Program-made: the position numbers and the translations under genes
Notes under the pieces: model-generated
The model's input: the letters and a program-made list of their open reading frames with translations, nothing else
Told to the model about the DNA's origin: nothing
The model's database searches: none
Part shown: positions 25,467 through 40,300 of the stretch, in pieces
Layout of the letters: each line of letters begins with the position of its first letter
How positions within the stretch are numbered: position 1 is the stretch's first letter
Assembly: GCF_009914755.1 (NCBI RefSeq)
Contig: NC_060934.1
Strand: one strand, 5' to 3'
Origin: the human T2T-CHM13v2.0 reference genome, Homo sapiens
Length of the DNA stretch: 64,000 nt

Positions 25467-28449
25467 CCTTTTTGCCCTTTTAAAGAGTTCACCTATAACT
25501 TACAGAAGTTTGCTTCCCTCTATTAAAAAACATTTTTGAGGACATTTAACATTCTTGGAAACATCTTCATATCTGCTTTCATTTCTTTATACTGCTCCCT
25601 TCCAAGCTCCTTGAAAGCTTCCCCATACTCTAACCTGTCTCATTCTTATTCAATATGTTCTCTAGTCTTGGTTCTGTTTGAAAAGTTCACTTTGACACAC
25701 AAATTGATGACATTTTCTGATTCAGACTTCTCTCTATGGCACAGTGTTTAAAGGACTGGTTATAAAGAAACTCCTCCTCCATTAAGCAAAATTTTAGGAT
25801 TGTACACTACTCTTCAAGCAGCCAGTAATATTGCTACAGCTTAGCCTTATGGGTGGCTCTGGGCACTAAGATAATTTGGTCAAGCCATTACCATCTCTTG
25901 TTAGGCACAGTGACAATCCTCCATCAATTCAACTCTTACTCATTCTCCTCCTCCTAAACACAACATGAAAAGAATATATGTTAAAAAGCTACATTAAAAA
26001 TATTAAAAATTAAGATCTAATGTAGTGAAACATTAATTGAGCCCCATGCAGATTCAATGACTGGGGTCCAGGGGCAACACTACTATCACAATAGTAAGAA
26101 TAACTTTATCTTCTATATTACTTGAAGCTTTATCCTGAAATATTAAGAACAAATTATCTTTTTCTATGAGGAATTTGACAATTCAGTGAACTTTATCTTT
26201 ACTGAGCTCTTTATCCATAATTGAAGGGAGAAGGTGATTTTATAGGATTTGATGAAGGCTTTAGTAAAGGAGTTGGATACGTTTAATTGAGGTGATCTTA
26301 GACTTCGATTCCCTTATCACTAAATATAATCAGATTCTAAAGCCTGAATGGTGAAAACTCAAATAAGTAAAAATGAAATTAAGCTGTAGCATTTCATGTC
26401 ACAAAGACCATAGGTGGCCCTGTTCCTGCTGCCTAAAGGCATACTTTAAACTAGGTTCACATAGGAACCAGGTTTGGACCACTGTTGTGATTAAAAATAT
26501 TGGTATAGTATGCTGTATGAGCTATCAGATATGATCCTTTTGATATATAAATCAGCTCTTGTTACATAAACACATATTCTATTTTACACTGTTTTTGAAA
26601 TAGAAGTCAGTATTTTTGTGGAAACAGTGCTATTATGCCATTAGTTCCTCTAGCCCTGAAATTGGCTGTGGATTAATTCTTGGCCTTGCCAATTTTGTTT
26701 TTTCCTCCTGTTCTCTACATTCATTATAGTCAAACCCTATGGCTTGTACGAATATGAATTTTAGATATCTAATATTCCTCACTTCTTTTTAAGAATGGAT
26801 GGGATGTTGAATAATTAGGAATTATTATTGAAGACCATTTATCAATATCATGATATAGAAGACATTAGGCAGGATATAACTATAAGTTCACATTTTCCAA
26901 TTTGGTTTAGATTCTTAATTCCTAATATATTCTCTTCACCTGCTCAACTGAAATGTTCAAAAATATAAAGAAAAAAATCACTTTAAAATTTAGTATTAGG
27001 AAATAATTTAAATTTCTCCTCCTGCTAAGGGTCAAATTCAAAGTATATTGATCTCAATTCACATTGATTCTAAAATCTTCCATCCAGTAGATGTGGCCAG
27101 AGAGTAATGCTAATTCTACTTAGCAGTTCCTAGACATAACCTTGAGTCAAATCTGTCACATAAGATTATTTAGGGGTACAGACAAGCCTGGACACAACTG
27201 TAAAGTAGTTAAAATCTTCTTTCAAGTTTTTCCACCTTTTCTTTCAACATTCATGTCTGTATTTTTGGTTCATTATTCTCTCCTTCCTGATTCATGTTAC
27301 CACATGGCAACTCAGTCTTTACTACCCTGAGAAATTTAGCCAACAGCTGCAAAACCTCCTTTCCTGTGCTGTCTTCCAATGATAAATAATTTCTGTAAGG
27401 CAAATTTTCAGAAATAAATTTTTCAAGGGGCAACTAGTTATAAGGTGTTTTTTTCTTATTTTCATCTTAATAAGTCACTATACCTGCAATCAAAGAATCA
27501 ATTATCTGCATATTGGTTTGTGCTGTCACATGCAGAATAGCCTATGGGTGATTCCCACAAATCACATTAGGTTGACAGTAGATGATTCTAATTTTGTCTT
27601 TGAGTGGCTCTATTAAAACAGTTGTTTGAAATCAAACCAAGTTTCACAATTCCAATGATTATCATTGACATTAATAGGAAATCAAGGATATAGCATATTG
27701 TTGCCTAAAAAGCAATTTATTTGTTTTCAACCAAATCTTTCATTATTTCAGCTATTTTCATATTTTGGTTTTAAAACAATTTTCAGTGAAAACTGAGTAG
27801 ATATTAGGCAACTACCTGAATCAAACAGGCTAGATTTACTTTACTCTGAGCGAAAGGAGGTTTGTTTGTTTGTTTTTTGTTTGATCAATGGGACTGTTGT
27901 GAAAAAATAAAATAGAATGATGAAGTAAAGAACGGAGACCATTCTCAGGCACTGGAAAAATCAAAATAAGACAATCAGGGAAAGAAGTTTAGAAGTTTGA
28001 TTAACTTCTAAAACCACTCAGATTTGTTCCAAGTATTTAGAAATACAAAGAGCAGAGAAGAATGCATTCAAGTGTGGAACTCTGTGTTGCTCAATCTAAT
28101 TAAATATTTAAGGAGACAATTTTGAAAAACTATAAATAAAATGAGATTTATTCATTGAGCACCTCAATATTACATACCAGTGGAATTCGATATTCATAAT
28201 TTGAGAACATAGACAGCACAAGGTTAATGACTTATCAAGGGATCCAGAACAGGACAGGAATCAGGCAGGGTTCACTTAGCAGTCATTCCTGGCTAATAGT
28301 TTTACCAGCTCCCTAGTTATGGAGTACCTGTAGGTATCACCAATATCACATTATGGTTCAATGCATAGTATATTAAAAAGACAATAATCATTAGCATCTA
28401 TAGAATCCTTAATATGTGGCAGCACTGTGATAATTAATTTTTATTTATC

Positions 28450-28640
28450 AATGATTTTCAAGTTGTCCACTGGCTACTAACATCCAAATCAATGTGATCC
28501 TTACAAAAAAAAAAAAAAAAAGTGCATTATCTTGTCTGTGTCCCAGATCCTACATAAGAATATCTAATGGATACCTATTCTGCATTTTAACATGTGTCCA
28601 GGTGATTCTTATGCAAACCAGGGTTTGAAAAACTTTGGTA
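28450..28640. mobile_element. MER5-like hAT-Charlie MITE within a MIR remnant
   Basis: tctgcattttaacatgtgtccaggtgattcttatgca..ggtttgaaaaactttg terminus. Confidence 0.55.
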
Positions 28641-31202
28641 TATTATCACATTAAATTTTTACATCAACAAAATGAAACAGATAGTGTTACTTCTATTTTA
28701 TAAGTGAAGAAATCTATCTTTTAACTTAAATAATACATAAAAACATGGTTATTTAAATACAAAGATAAAGGCCATAAATTTAAAAAGTTAATATTTAAGT
28801 GTATTTATATTTTACTTCTCATGTGTGTTTTGCTTTGTACTGTGGATTAAATTCCAATACTTTTATTGAGCTAATATTATATGAGTGATATTATTAGAAA
28901 GAATATTGAATTGAAGATATTAAAGAGACATACACTTTTCCTCCCTGACTAGGGCACACGTTTTTTCCCTGTACTTACAGAGAGAGCAGAGGAACTGAAT
29001 CTCACATGTAGATAAGCCATTTACTTTTACAAGCCTGGGAATGAATCAAGTTGGGAAGGAAGGCCTGTCATGAGTATGGATACACTTGCAGTTAGATCAT
29101 AGCACCAGAGCTCAAAAACAGGAGACAAAGCAGTACTGGGGGTAATAGATTTTTCTTTAACTTGATGGGATAAAATATCCAGGAATGTGGCAGCTGGAGT
29201 GGCAATTTTATTTTTTGGTTAGAAAATGAAAAGACTCTGCCATTTCTGATCTATACTCATCAACACTGGGCATGTGGCCATATTAGAGATGTGGCTTTCC
29301 AGGCAGTTTAAATAATGGAAGCACAAGTGAGACATCCCCTATAAACACAGGGGAATTTACTAAAACCTATAAAAGTATAGGATTTATGGGCACTTCAGAG
29401 ATAATCTGCTGGGGGATATGGAACAAAGGGAATTTGTCAACAATAGTCCGTTACTGGCAGAGGTTTTAGATTAGGGAATGAATTCTTTTATGCATACTAT
29501 TGTGACTAGTTCACACATAAAAAGTCATCACAGCAGACTGCAGTCATCAGAGTATGGTGGCTGCCTAAATTGACAGAGCTGGAATGGAATGGTAAATGAT
29601 GCTTTTGCTTTAGAGTAAATAAAGTGATATTTGATAAGTCTGCTTGATGGCTTGCACCCATTTTGCCTGTTTGTTTCCAGGTGTAGGGTGCTGCTAATCC
29701 TTTAGTATCTGGAAGGTAAAGAGCTTCTGAGAACTTGCAACATCATCTTTTTGAAATATAAAATTAAATAGAGAGAAAATAATTCCTTAGTTAAAACAAA
29801 TAATTTTTGATTGCAGTATAAATTTCAATTCAACAGACCTGGCAAAGAATGAAAGCAGTCTTTTATTGTGGGTAAGCTTGCATGTGACATGAAGGGTTTG
29901 TTCATCTGGATATACATAGTAATAGAGGGGTTTCCCACGATCACTAAATGTGCCCGAGTGAGTCAAATTGTAGCAGTTCAAGCTTTGAAACTTGAATTAA
30001 AAATGTTTCCGTTTTGCAATCATTACATATTTTAGAATGAAAATGAGAAGTATGGAAAAGACGGTCCTCAATCTATATTTCATTAAATGCACTTATAAAA
30101 AATTATGCTTTCTAATTTGTTAGTGTTGATGCTTACAGAACTACCAACTGCATTTATCCAATACATAGCAATGACAGAAAATACGTAAGTAGAAAATAGA
30201 TAATTTAAAAAATAGACATAAACACAAAAATCATGTCTGTCACCAAGGATGAGTATCGGCAACAAGCTTTTGGATTTTGAATCCAAAGGGCATAATCGGC
30301 GTCTTATTTAAAGAAAATGCCCCACTGTAAGCAAAGAACATAAGCCAGACTCACTTAATGAAATAAGGCTCAGATTCACAGCCTAAAAGGCTTTGACTTC
30401 TACAAAGTCTTTTACCCGAAGAAGCATTAGAAAGCTGGCATGGATTAATAGAAAAGATTTGGAGCAAATCGATTCAAAAACTGGATCAGACGTTGACCCA
30501 GTATCGCATTTGTGACAGACTTTCTCAGCCATCAGCCTGAGAGGACCTTTGGAGGCAGAGTAGAAAAAAAAATCCAAATGAGTACTTTAATAGGGAAGGC
30601 AAGCTATAGAAATCAAGAGAAAAAAATATCCAAAATATATAAGGAAATTAAGACCTACAGGCAATAAAACAATATTCTGAAAATTAGTTTACTCAAGGAA
30701 ATGTGAAAATAATTGTGAAATTCGAAAATGAATTTAAATTAGCATACGTAGGCTCTAAAATCAATGAAATAAAGCAAGCTGTAAAATATAACAATAAAGT
30801 ACAAAAAGCGAAGAATGAAAGGAAGGAAAAGAAAAAGAAAGGAAGGATATAAGATTAGATGAATGTACAAAGTAAATGCAGATCTCAAAATGAAAAATAT
30901 AACGATTTCAATAAAAAAAAATCTGTCAGTTTCCAGTGAGTGTAAATAAAGCATAATATATGTGACAAGGAAGTGAAACTGTAGAACATCATCATGAATA
31001 TTATCAGCATGAAGATACTATATTAATACAGCAATTTGAGTGACAACAGACTTCTCATCAGCAATAGGTTCAAAGGAACACTGATTAATCCAAAGGGCTG
31101 AAGTATGTTAGAAGTAGAAGTCTGTATTCTGGAAAGACAGCAGGCTAGAGTTAAAGCAAAATTAAAAGTATTTTGAGACATATACCTAATAAGTGATTTT
31201 AA

Positions 31203-31713
<511 letters not shown>

Positions 31714-32118
31714 TTAATACATACAGAATTTCTCTGAAAGAAGTATTAAGTGATTAACTTTAATAAACAGAAGTTCACCATTGAGGAAACAATGGAATGG
31801 ATGCATCTATAATAATAAAATATGCTGATAAAATTGACTGTTAAAAAAAAGTGTAACTCTAATTTTTAAAATAGTAACAAGGAATGTGGGACGGCTTGAG
31901 AAAGGAACTTTAAGTGACTAATAAATGAAACAATGATTTTTCTTAACTGTAGGAAGCATGCTACTGAATAATTTAGACTTCAAAATTAAATATATGTATC
32001 AATTAGAAAGGTAACCAATAAATAATAGAATTACAATGAATTCTTTTCAAATTTCCTCCCAAATTTTAATAACAATGAATATTATGGAGAAAACAAATTT
32101 GTCAATAAAACAGAGGCA

Positions 32119-32290
32119 GAAAGAGAGAAAGAAGAAAGGAAGGAAGGAGAAAGAAAGAGAAAGAAAGGGAAGAAAGAAGAAAGAAAGAGAGGAGGAAAGA
32201 AAGGAAGGGAAAGGGAAAGAAGAAGGAGGAAGGAAAGAAGGAAGAAGAAGGAGGAAGGAAAGAAGGAAGGAAGGGAGGGAGGGAGGAAAA
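32119..32290. repeat. GA-rich polypurine tract (GAAA/GGAA)n
   Basis: About 170 nt of essentially only G and A. Confidence 0.95.
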
Positions 32291-32494
32291 ATAGAACAAA
32301 GGTAAAATATGATCAGGACAAACACAAAAGGTGATAGTGGAGTAAGTTAGATAAATTAGGAATTATGTAATTCTGACACATTAAGCAAAGTTATCAAAAA
32401 GTAGAGACAGATTAGTTTTACAAATCACCTATATGCTTCTTAGAAAATTATTTTAAAAATTCAACACAATTTAATAAATGAAGGAAAATAATAT

Positions 32495-33210
32495 AATTCG
32501 TTGGATACTCTGTTTTTCCATATGACTTTTAGGAACGTTTCGTTTAAGTCTTTTAAAAAGTTGGCAATTTCACAAGATATATATGTATGTATATGTGTAT
32601 GTATGTACATATATATAGAATGTTATATATTTATATATAGTGAAATATGTATACACTGAAAAATATATATATTAGAAGAATTTATAGCACTAGGTTATTC
32701 CAGTCTAAAACATGATGGCTTTTCAATTATTTATATCTTGTTTCAGATTCCTCAATACAATTTCATAGTTTTTGTAATAAAGTCATAAAATTTCTTATTG
32801 AACATGTTACACAATAAAGTTGTTAAAAAGTATTGTGAATACTTTTTAGCATTCAAATTCAAATTCTTGGGAATTTGTGGGTTTTCTTAATTCTAGGAAA
32901 TTTTTAAAAATTGATTAAATTTGGATTATTAAACTTTTATCTAGGGTCTTTACTTTGTTAATTTTTTCTCTTTAATAGAACCTAGAAGATTTGCAAGGTT
33001 AAAACAATTATAGGATTTTTTCAGTGAGATCATTATCTCCTTTATTCCCAATTGTCACTTATCCTTGACTTACTACATTTTCTAGTGTACTCAAGACAAT
33101 GCTGAGCAATAATAGTTACCTAAATTATCCTTCCCCTTTCCAGATATTAATTGAAATACTTTTAGTTGCCACATAGAGAAACGTTTCGTTAAAATAAAAG
33201 GTAAATGTTA
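32495..33210 (-). mobile_element. Old L1M ORF2 fragment
   Basis: tttttccatatgacttttagga..., caagacaatgctgagcaataatag..tatccttcc..ttccagatattaa resemble the reverse complement of ORF2. Confidence 0.55.
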
Positions 33211-33229
33211 TTTTTATATTTGTTTCCCT

Positions 33230-33435
33230 TCTTTCTTTCTTTTCTTTTCTGTTTCCTTTTTTTTTTTTTTTTTTTCTTTTTTGAGACAGGGTCTTGCTCT
33301 GTCACCAGGCTGGAGTGCAGTGGCATGATCTTCTTGGCTCACAGCCACCTCTGCCTCCAGGCTCAAGTGATTCCCCTGCTTCAGTCTCTGGAGTAACTAG
33401 GACTACATACAGGCACATGACACTATACCCAGCTA
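33230..33435 (-). mobile_element. Alu monomer (FRAM or AluJ right arm)
   Basis: T-tail then gagacagggtcttgctctgtcacc...ggctcaagtgat..cccagcta; no left arm. Confidence 0.88.
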
Positions 33436-33519
33436 TTGTGTTTGTTTTCTATCCTTATTTTATTTAAGATCTTTATTAGAAGGTCGTGCTGAAATGAAAA
33501 CATCGCCATCTTTTTATTC

Positions 33520-34670
33520 TATGGATTATAGAAAGAGGAAAATAATTTAGGAAAATTCAAAATTTTAAAATGATTTAAATAAAATCTAACAAACTACGAA
33601 CACTGAGAAATCCCTTAACTTGATAATCTACCTCAAAAACCTACGGATATTAAAATATTAAGCAAAGAAACTTTAGAGACATTTTATTTTAAATAGAGAA
33701 GCCAACAAAGGCACTCTTATTAGTATTTTCCAATAAACCCTAAAAACTGAATGAAAATAATGAAAGAACACAGAGGAAGAGATAAAAGTATTGTTATTCA
33801 AAGGCGCTACATTTTTTACTTAGAAAAAACATCAAAGATATACAACAGGTAAAGCAAGCTCTCTAACGCATGGCCTGTGGGCCACATGATGCCAAGTATG
33901 GTTTTGAATGCGGCCCAATACAAATTCGTAAACTTTCTTAAAACATTATGATTTTTTTTGTAATTATTATTCTTTAGCTCACCAGCTATCGTTAGTGTAA
34001 GTGTATTTTATATGTGGCCCAAGACAACTCTTCTTCCAGCGTGGCCAGGGAAACCAAAAGATTGGATACCCCTGAAAGTTTAGTCTTCTAAAAGTTTATA
34101 TGGTGCCAGAAATAAGAAAAAGTTATCGATCAATGACATATCTGTTCATCAGCAAAAGCAGTTACAACACAATAAATTCTTCAGTGTTCCTAAAAATGTG
34201 CAAAAATGTAGTTGATAAAATCTTTTTTGGATAATAAAGTGTATCCTAGACAAAAAACAAAATATATTTATACCATGTGTAAAGATAATTCAATACCCTA
34301 ATGCTGTCAATTATAATCAATTTATTCTATAAAAACAAAGTTAATATAGTCACCAAGTTTTTACTTTTCTAGAACTGGAACAATTTTTCAAAACCTCTTA
34401 GGGTTGAGTGAATGCCCAAAAATAGTCAAAATAATTCTGAAAAAAATTGTAAGGAAGAGTAATGCACTGCCAAGTATTAAAACTTACTATAAAACTATAA
34501 TATCAAAACTTGTTACAAATAATCCAGTATATTGTTGGGGGAGAGATAAATATACAAAATTATATTTAAAAAACTCAAAAGGTAAAAGCAAAAAATTCTC
34601 AGTTTCAGACCCAAACATATATGAGGTTTTGCATATCATACAAAAGGTAATATAAATCAGCAGAGAAAAG
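33520..34670 (+). mobile_element. Old L1M ORF2 fragment, interrupted by MER30
   Basis: Translation KIVKIILKK..ALPSIKTYYKTII resembles ORF2 'IAKTILKK..LPDFKTYYKA'. Confidence 0.65.
33855..34074 (-). mobile_element. MER30 hAT-Charlie MITE
   Basis: caagct...ttgaatgcggcccaatacaaattcgtaaactttcttaaaacattatga...ccaaaagattggatacccctg. Confidence 0.9.
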
Positions 34671-34684
34671 ATGGGCTATAGACT

Positions 34685-35020
34685 TTGGCAGGTATCACTA
34701 ATCTTCCCCAATATCCAATTCTCTTTCCCTTCTTGTCACATCGAAGTCTATTTTGGGGGGTGCGGGGGCACATTTTTGCTGTTGGTTAGACCATGTGATG
34801 AGTTGTGGCCAAAGAAATATCAAGTGAGCTGGTGTGAAGTACTAAAAAGTTCATGGAAAGTCCCCTACTTTCTTTCTTCCATAAATACAGCCATTATGAA
34901 TGGGGCTCTGAGGCATTGTATGAGAAAATCTACTTTAGAGAGAGTTACAGTAAATGACAGCAATCTTTAGAAAAGGAGAAATAACATTTTCATTGTACAT
35001 AAACACAAAGATTGAGAAAA
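34685..35020 (+). mobile_element. MLT1 (old MaLR LTR) remnant
   Basis: cttccccaatatccaattctctttcccttctt...gttagaccatgtgatgagttgtggccaaagaaat. Confidence 0.5.
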
Positions 35021-36550
35021 TTGTTAGGTGCCACACTATAAAAGAGCCTGTTCTGCTTATATATACATGCTATTCAAATAATCAGTTATATTTATGGTTA
35101 AAATCAAATGAGATATAAATACACATACTTACATTCATAAATTTGAGGGACTGAAAACAGAGTTCATAAAGCAGGGGGCTGATATAGGAAGCAACAGAAG
35201 CTCAGAGAAACCCTGTGATGGTGTTGTAGCTAAAAGAGATTTTAAGAAAGGTGATGCCTACTGTTTTGAAATTGATTCTTTTAGAGAACATGTCCTTTTT
35301 GCTTATCTGCCAGTTACACAAATGACTTGATATAAAATCATAGAAAGGGCTAAACCTCATATAGATGCCAGATAGTAAATATCAAAACAGTATATATTGA
35401 AGCAAGAGTCTATCACTTAAAGCAATTAAGAGATTGGAAGTTAAATAGAAATTTGCAAAAATGTGAAGGTCTTTGGAATTCTTTAAGCCATGGTAAGGAG
35501 AGTTATAGGAGAAATGCTGATTGATTTTTTTCTTTAAGATCTTAGGGGATAATGGAGTTGTAGCTAGCAGTTAAATTATTGAAATAAAACAATGGAGAAA
35601 GAAAAAAAAAGATTGTGTTTTTAGAGGATAAATTCCATAGACACATAGTGACCTGGCCAGTGACACCGCAGTCTGTTGTAGTCACCTGGCTGAGGAGAGA
35701 ATAAGAACAATAACAAATAGAGCCAAAGCATCATTCATTTTCATTTACTTGGTGAATTGACCTTAGTTTCATCCCTGGCAATCATACTAACCTCACCATC
35801 TGTGCAAAGCAAATGCAGTGTGGGAGTCAGGAGTTCATGCTCTAATATTGCTTTATCAGTTTATTTCACAGATAATGGCACCTTAATTATTATCAATGAC
35901 CTGCATGCCATTCCTTACTATTCCTTCTTAGATATGTCTTTCTGAGTTATTCAAATTGTACTGGTGTTTTCCAATCTGATTCTTCTAGGAACTAATACCT
36001 ACATTTCTGTAAGACAGAAGAATTCTTCTATAAGACAGAAGAATTATCAGACTGGTTTTTCAGAAAATAAATTATTTATGTTATTTTCTAGTAAGTTTTT
36101 GATAGTTTCAACTAAAAATAATAGATTCTAAAGAATTTTCTAAGTTAAAAAAGAAAATAGACAAGAAAGAAAATGTCTGGCAATGCTAATTTGGATTAAA
36201 TTTGTTTAGAAAAAACACATTATACAATCTTTGAAGTAGAATCTATTATGGTTAAAGAAAAGCACTTGGATTATCTGGTTCATAATTTATATTTTAAACA
36301 GAAGTAAAAGCACACTTATTCTCCATACTTATTTATTTATATCCATTCATTTTTCATCTTAGTCGTGATTTTCAGAAAAGACTCCCATAATCGTAAGTAG
36401 CTTTAATCTCCATACATTGAAATATCAGTGAGAAATAAACACTTCCCGTTTAATGGCTTTAACTAGAGAAATGCTTATGTTGATTAATGTCTATCAAGTT
36501 TTCCTTGATTTACTTGAAATGTGTTTTTTCTATAAATGAATAAAACACTA

Positions 36551-36874
<324 letters not shown>

Positions 36875-37711
36875 TCACACCTATGAGTGTGTGGGATGAT
36901 TTTTCTCCTTTCTTTTCTCTCATGATCTGGTTGCTAAATATGATTTATCCCACAGAGGGACATCATGGATTGATTTTCCAAGCTCATTCAAAAGTCCCCA
37001 CAATTTCAGAGAAAACCTTTCTGAACACATTGGGAATCTTAAATAATTGCTTTGCTCTAGCCTTTATTTGTGACAAAAAAAAAAAAAAATGTTACCTTTG
37101 CAGATGAACTTATTTCCCTGAGTTTTAATTCTAATGCTACAGAAGCCAGATCAATGACAAAGTGAAAATATAACTTTTGTGAGAGATAAATTAGAAAGTA
37201 TTTTTAAATATTGGTAATGTATTAAAAAGTCTGTTTTGATCCTAGCTTTTTTTAAAAAAAAAATGGCTAGATGATATTTGTCTCCCCTACTGAAAACAAA
37301 ACAAAATGATCCACTTACTTTCATTTAACAGTCCCCCGCGCAAAGATGTAGGCAGTCCATTTTAGGTCACATGTAATGCCCAGGTTTAACACTTTTCACC
37401 AAATTCTCTAGATTATATTGCACCAAAATCTTAGAACTAAATTTACATTAGTTTGTAACTCTTTTTATCTATGGCCTGTAAATCTAATTTAAGATGTTTT
37501 TATATTAACAAAATTCCAAATTAATGTGCGTTTTAAAACAACCTCCCAACAGTCACCCCTCTAATATTTTCATAATTACTAATCATCTGTAGTTCTGTGA
37601 ATTGATTGTTCACTTCCATTGAACATTTGTCTCCTCAAGTTGAAAAACCATTAGTTAATTTAATAGAAATGCAGTTAACAAGCATCCTTCCTGGGATATA
37701 TAGATTTATTT

Positions 37712-38172
37712 TGCAGCAGGATGAGCTGTGGATAAAACCCCACAGACACCAAGATAGTGAAGGAAGTGGCTTTAATCAGCTGGAAGCATCGGCAGACTAA
37801 CGTCTTAAAATCTGAGCTTGTCAGGTGCCCAACTTCTGTTTAAGGGCTCACAACTCTAAGGGGGTCCGCGTGAGAGGGTCATGATCAATTGAGCAAGCCA
37901 GGGGGTACGTGACAGGGGCTGCAAGCACCGGTGGTCAGAGTGAAACAGAACAGAACGGGAGTTTTCACAATGTCCTTCCATACAATGTCTGGAATCTATA
38001 GATAACATCAGTTGCTACGTCAGGGGTGGAATTTTAACTACCAGGCTTAGGTCAGGCAGGCCCAAGCCTGGTTTTGGGTCTGGTTCCTAGGCGCCGGGCT
38101 ACCTGCCTTTTGTTTCGCTTTTCTTTCCTTTTCTGAGTACAAAACAATGTGAGAGGGTCTGTCTTTCTCTCA
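37712..38172 (-). mobile_element. LTR2C-like solo LTR (HERV-E/Harlequin, ERV1)
   Basis: Reverse complement tgagagaaagacagaccc...gttatctatagattccagacattgtat...gtcacgtaccccctggcttgctcaattgatcatgaccctctcacgcggacccccttagag...cctgctgca; 4-bp TSD attt/gttt. Confidence 0.88.
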
Positions 38173-39139
38173 GTTTAATTAAGTGAAAAGTCCTTTTTGT
38201 TTTTTAAAAGGAGCCACGTGCATGTCTTAGGTTAATCTTAAAACAAATTGTTTTGATAATCATTCAGAACATGTATATAAAGTTTCCATAAGATCAAACA
38301 TCTGCCTTCCCTCATCTGTGACACTTTGGAGGAGTTGACTGTAGCGTTGTATTAAGGAGTGTGGATCCAGGAGTTGATTGCTGGCGTTTGACAGCTGGAT
38401 CTACTGCTTATTATGTCTGCGTCTTGAGTTGAGGCACCTAATCTATCCCCATTGTGGTTTTTTCCTTTGTAATTATTATCATACACATTATTTGTACTCT
38501 TTACCGAACTAAGAAATAAGAATGTCCCCAAAAGGATTTTTTAAATGGTATTATGCAGTCACAATAAAATTTAGCAGTGAGGCACTTTAAGCTACTATTC
38601 CAGAAAAAAATAGATAAAAATTAATCTTTTCTTATAATTAGAAAAATGGACCAGCTTTTTACAAGTGTTTTATCTATCTGCAGTGAAAAGAGATGTAAGA
38701 CTGCAGATTTGCATATTAAATGCCTGCACTATAAATCTCAAAACATTCAGTTCTCCAATACTAATTATTTCATTATGAAACCATAGCATAATTCCTAAAA
38801 CTTTGAATATTCACAAAGATGTTTAAGTTTTGCAGAGTTGAGCTGGATATCAATTAGTCAACAAATACCACTTGAGAATAATAGGTAGAAGTCTCTTTCT
38901 TAGAAACCAGGATGAATTAAAGAGGCACAAGACAAGATAAACCTTTAAATGTCTTTCAAAGTACTTGGGGAAATAAGACACATTAAAAGAAATAATGATA
39001 AAAAGCAGCAAATATTTATTAAATTAACCATTTAGAAATCTAGTTACAATGTCCATACATTTTAAACATGGGCTTTTATATTATTTATGATTTGTGAAAG
39101 ATGTATTAAAACTCAAAAGATTTGTTTTTGAGTTTTCAA

Positions 39140-39340
39140 AAGGTCATAGAGCAGTACAGACCTGGATTCAAATTCTGGCTGTACTACTTAGTAGCTATAT
39201 CTTATAGGGAAAGTAGCTTAACATTGTTTAATGTTGGTTTTCTTAACTGTACAAGGGGATAATAACATAAGGTTTAGGGTTAATTAGATAAATTAAATAG
39301 TACACTGCTTGGTCCACAGTAACGGTTCAATAAATTATCA
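39140..39340 (+). mobile_element. MIR
   Basis: cagacctggattcaaattctggctgtactacttagtagctat..ggaaagtagcttaac..ctgtacaaggggataataa. Confidence 0.75.
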
Positions 39341-39643
39341 TCCACTGTGTGCCAGGTAATGTGCTAGACCATTATGACCCTGGCATGGATAATCCAATGT
39401 GAAATGCACAGTTTACTATTGACCATATATATTTATCCTCATTAGTGAAAACAAAGTGGCTTTCCCTTTGTTCTTCAGTAGAATTACTAATCTTTGTTGA
39501 ATAAGGAATTCCTGGTGTTACTGCTCTGGGGCACTACGAAGAATTGTTCATGAATGAAACAGCTATTACACAGTTCAGTTCATATAAATTGTTTTGGTGA
39601 GTTAATAATTCCTCAAAGACCATAGTCTCTCAGAGTGAGGGGG

Positions 39644-39704
39644 GTGTGTGTGTATCTGTGTGTGTGCGGACACGCATGTGAGTGTGTGTGTGTTTGTGTG
39701 TGTG
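39644..39704. repeat. Interrupted (TG)n
   Basis: Direct read. Confidence 0.8.
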
Positions 39705-40014
39705 CATAGCATGTAGCCTATCCCAAATTTGGTGGAAATCTCTTTAGCCACTTTGGAAGGATACTGTAGCAGACAGACTGAAACTCATCTGATTATATAA
39801 GTAATTAATTTACATGAACCAGAGTCTGTTCTGAGAAATTTGGTAATCATGGTTTATGTAACTAACTGTAGGAAACTAGAGGAGAACCAAATCTCTGTGA
39901 GTTTCTGTGAACACTGAACAGGGGCTAGAAGGGGTGAGAGAGAATTTAGGGAATTTAAACTGCCAGTGAGAAGGAATGACAATTTCTTACAGAGTAGATA
40001 GAAATCTGTCTTTG

Positions 40015-40300
40015 CTTCAAATTAACAAATATTTATCAAATTACCAATAAATATCAGATGGTGTGTTAAGTACTGGGGATATAGCAGTGAAAAAAAAGAC
40101 ATTCTGTGCCTTAAGGGAGCTTTCATTTAAGTAAAAATAAGACAGAAACTGGTAACTATAATATTAATAACCAGTATTTTTATGGGATAACAACAGAGGA
40201 AGTGTAGATAACATGGTGCTGTGGGACCCACGGCAAGAGCACTTAACATCACTGTCAGGAATCACAAGAGACTTTCAGAAAGAAAGAGGAGTCTGAAGAG
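40015..40300 (-). mobile_element. L2 3' fragment
   Basis: aacaaatatttat...gtgttaagtactggggatatagcagtgaa..ctgtgccttaagggagctt. Confidence 0.6.

Noticed and set aside
28940-29640. Possible ancient LTR-internal remnant
   Set aside because: Composition is suggestive, but I could not match it to a family or a protein motif
32036-32325. K/E/R-rich and F/L/S-rich ORFs
   Set aside because: Translations of the polypurine tract
32495-34670. Opposite-strand L1M pieces as a second inversion
   Set aside because: They appear to cover overlapping ORF2 coordinates, which fits independent insertions better
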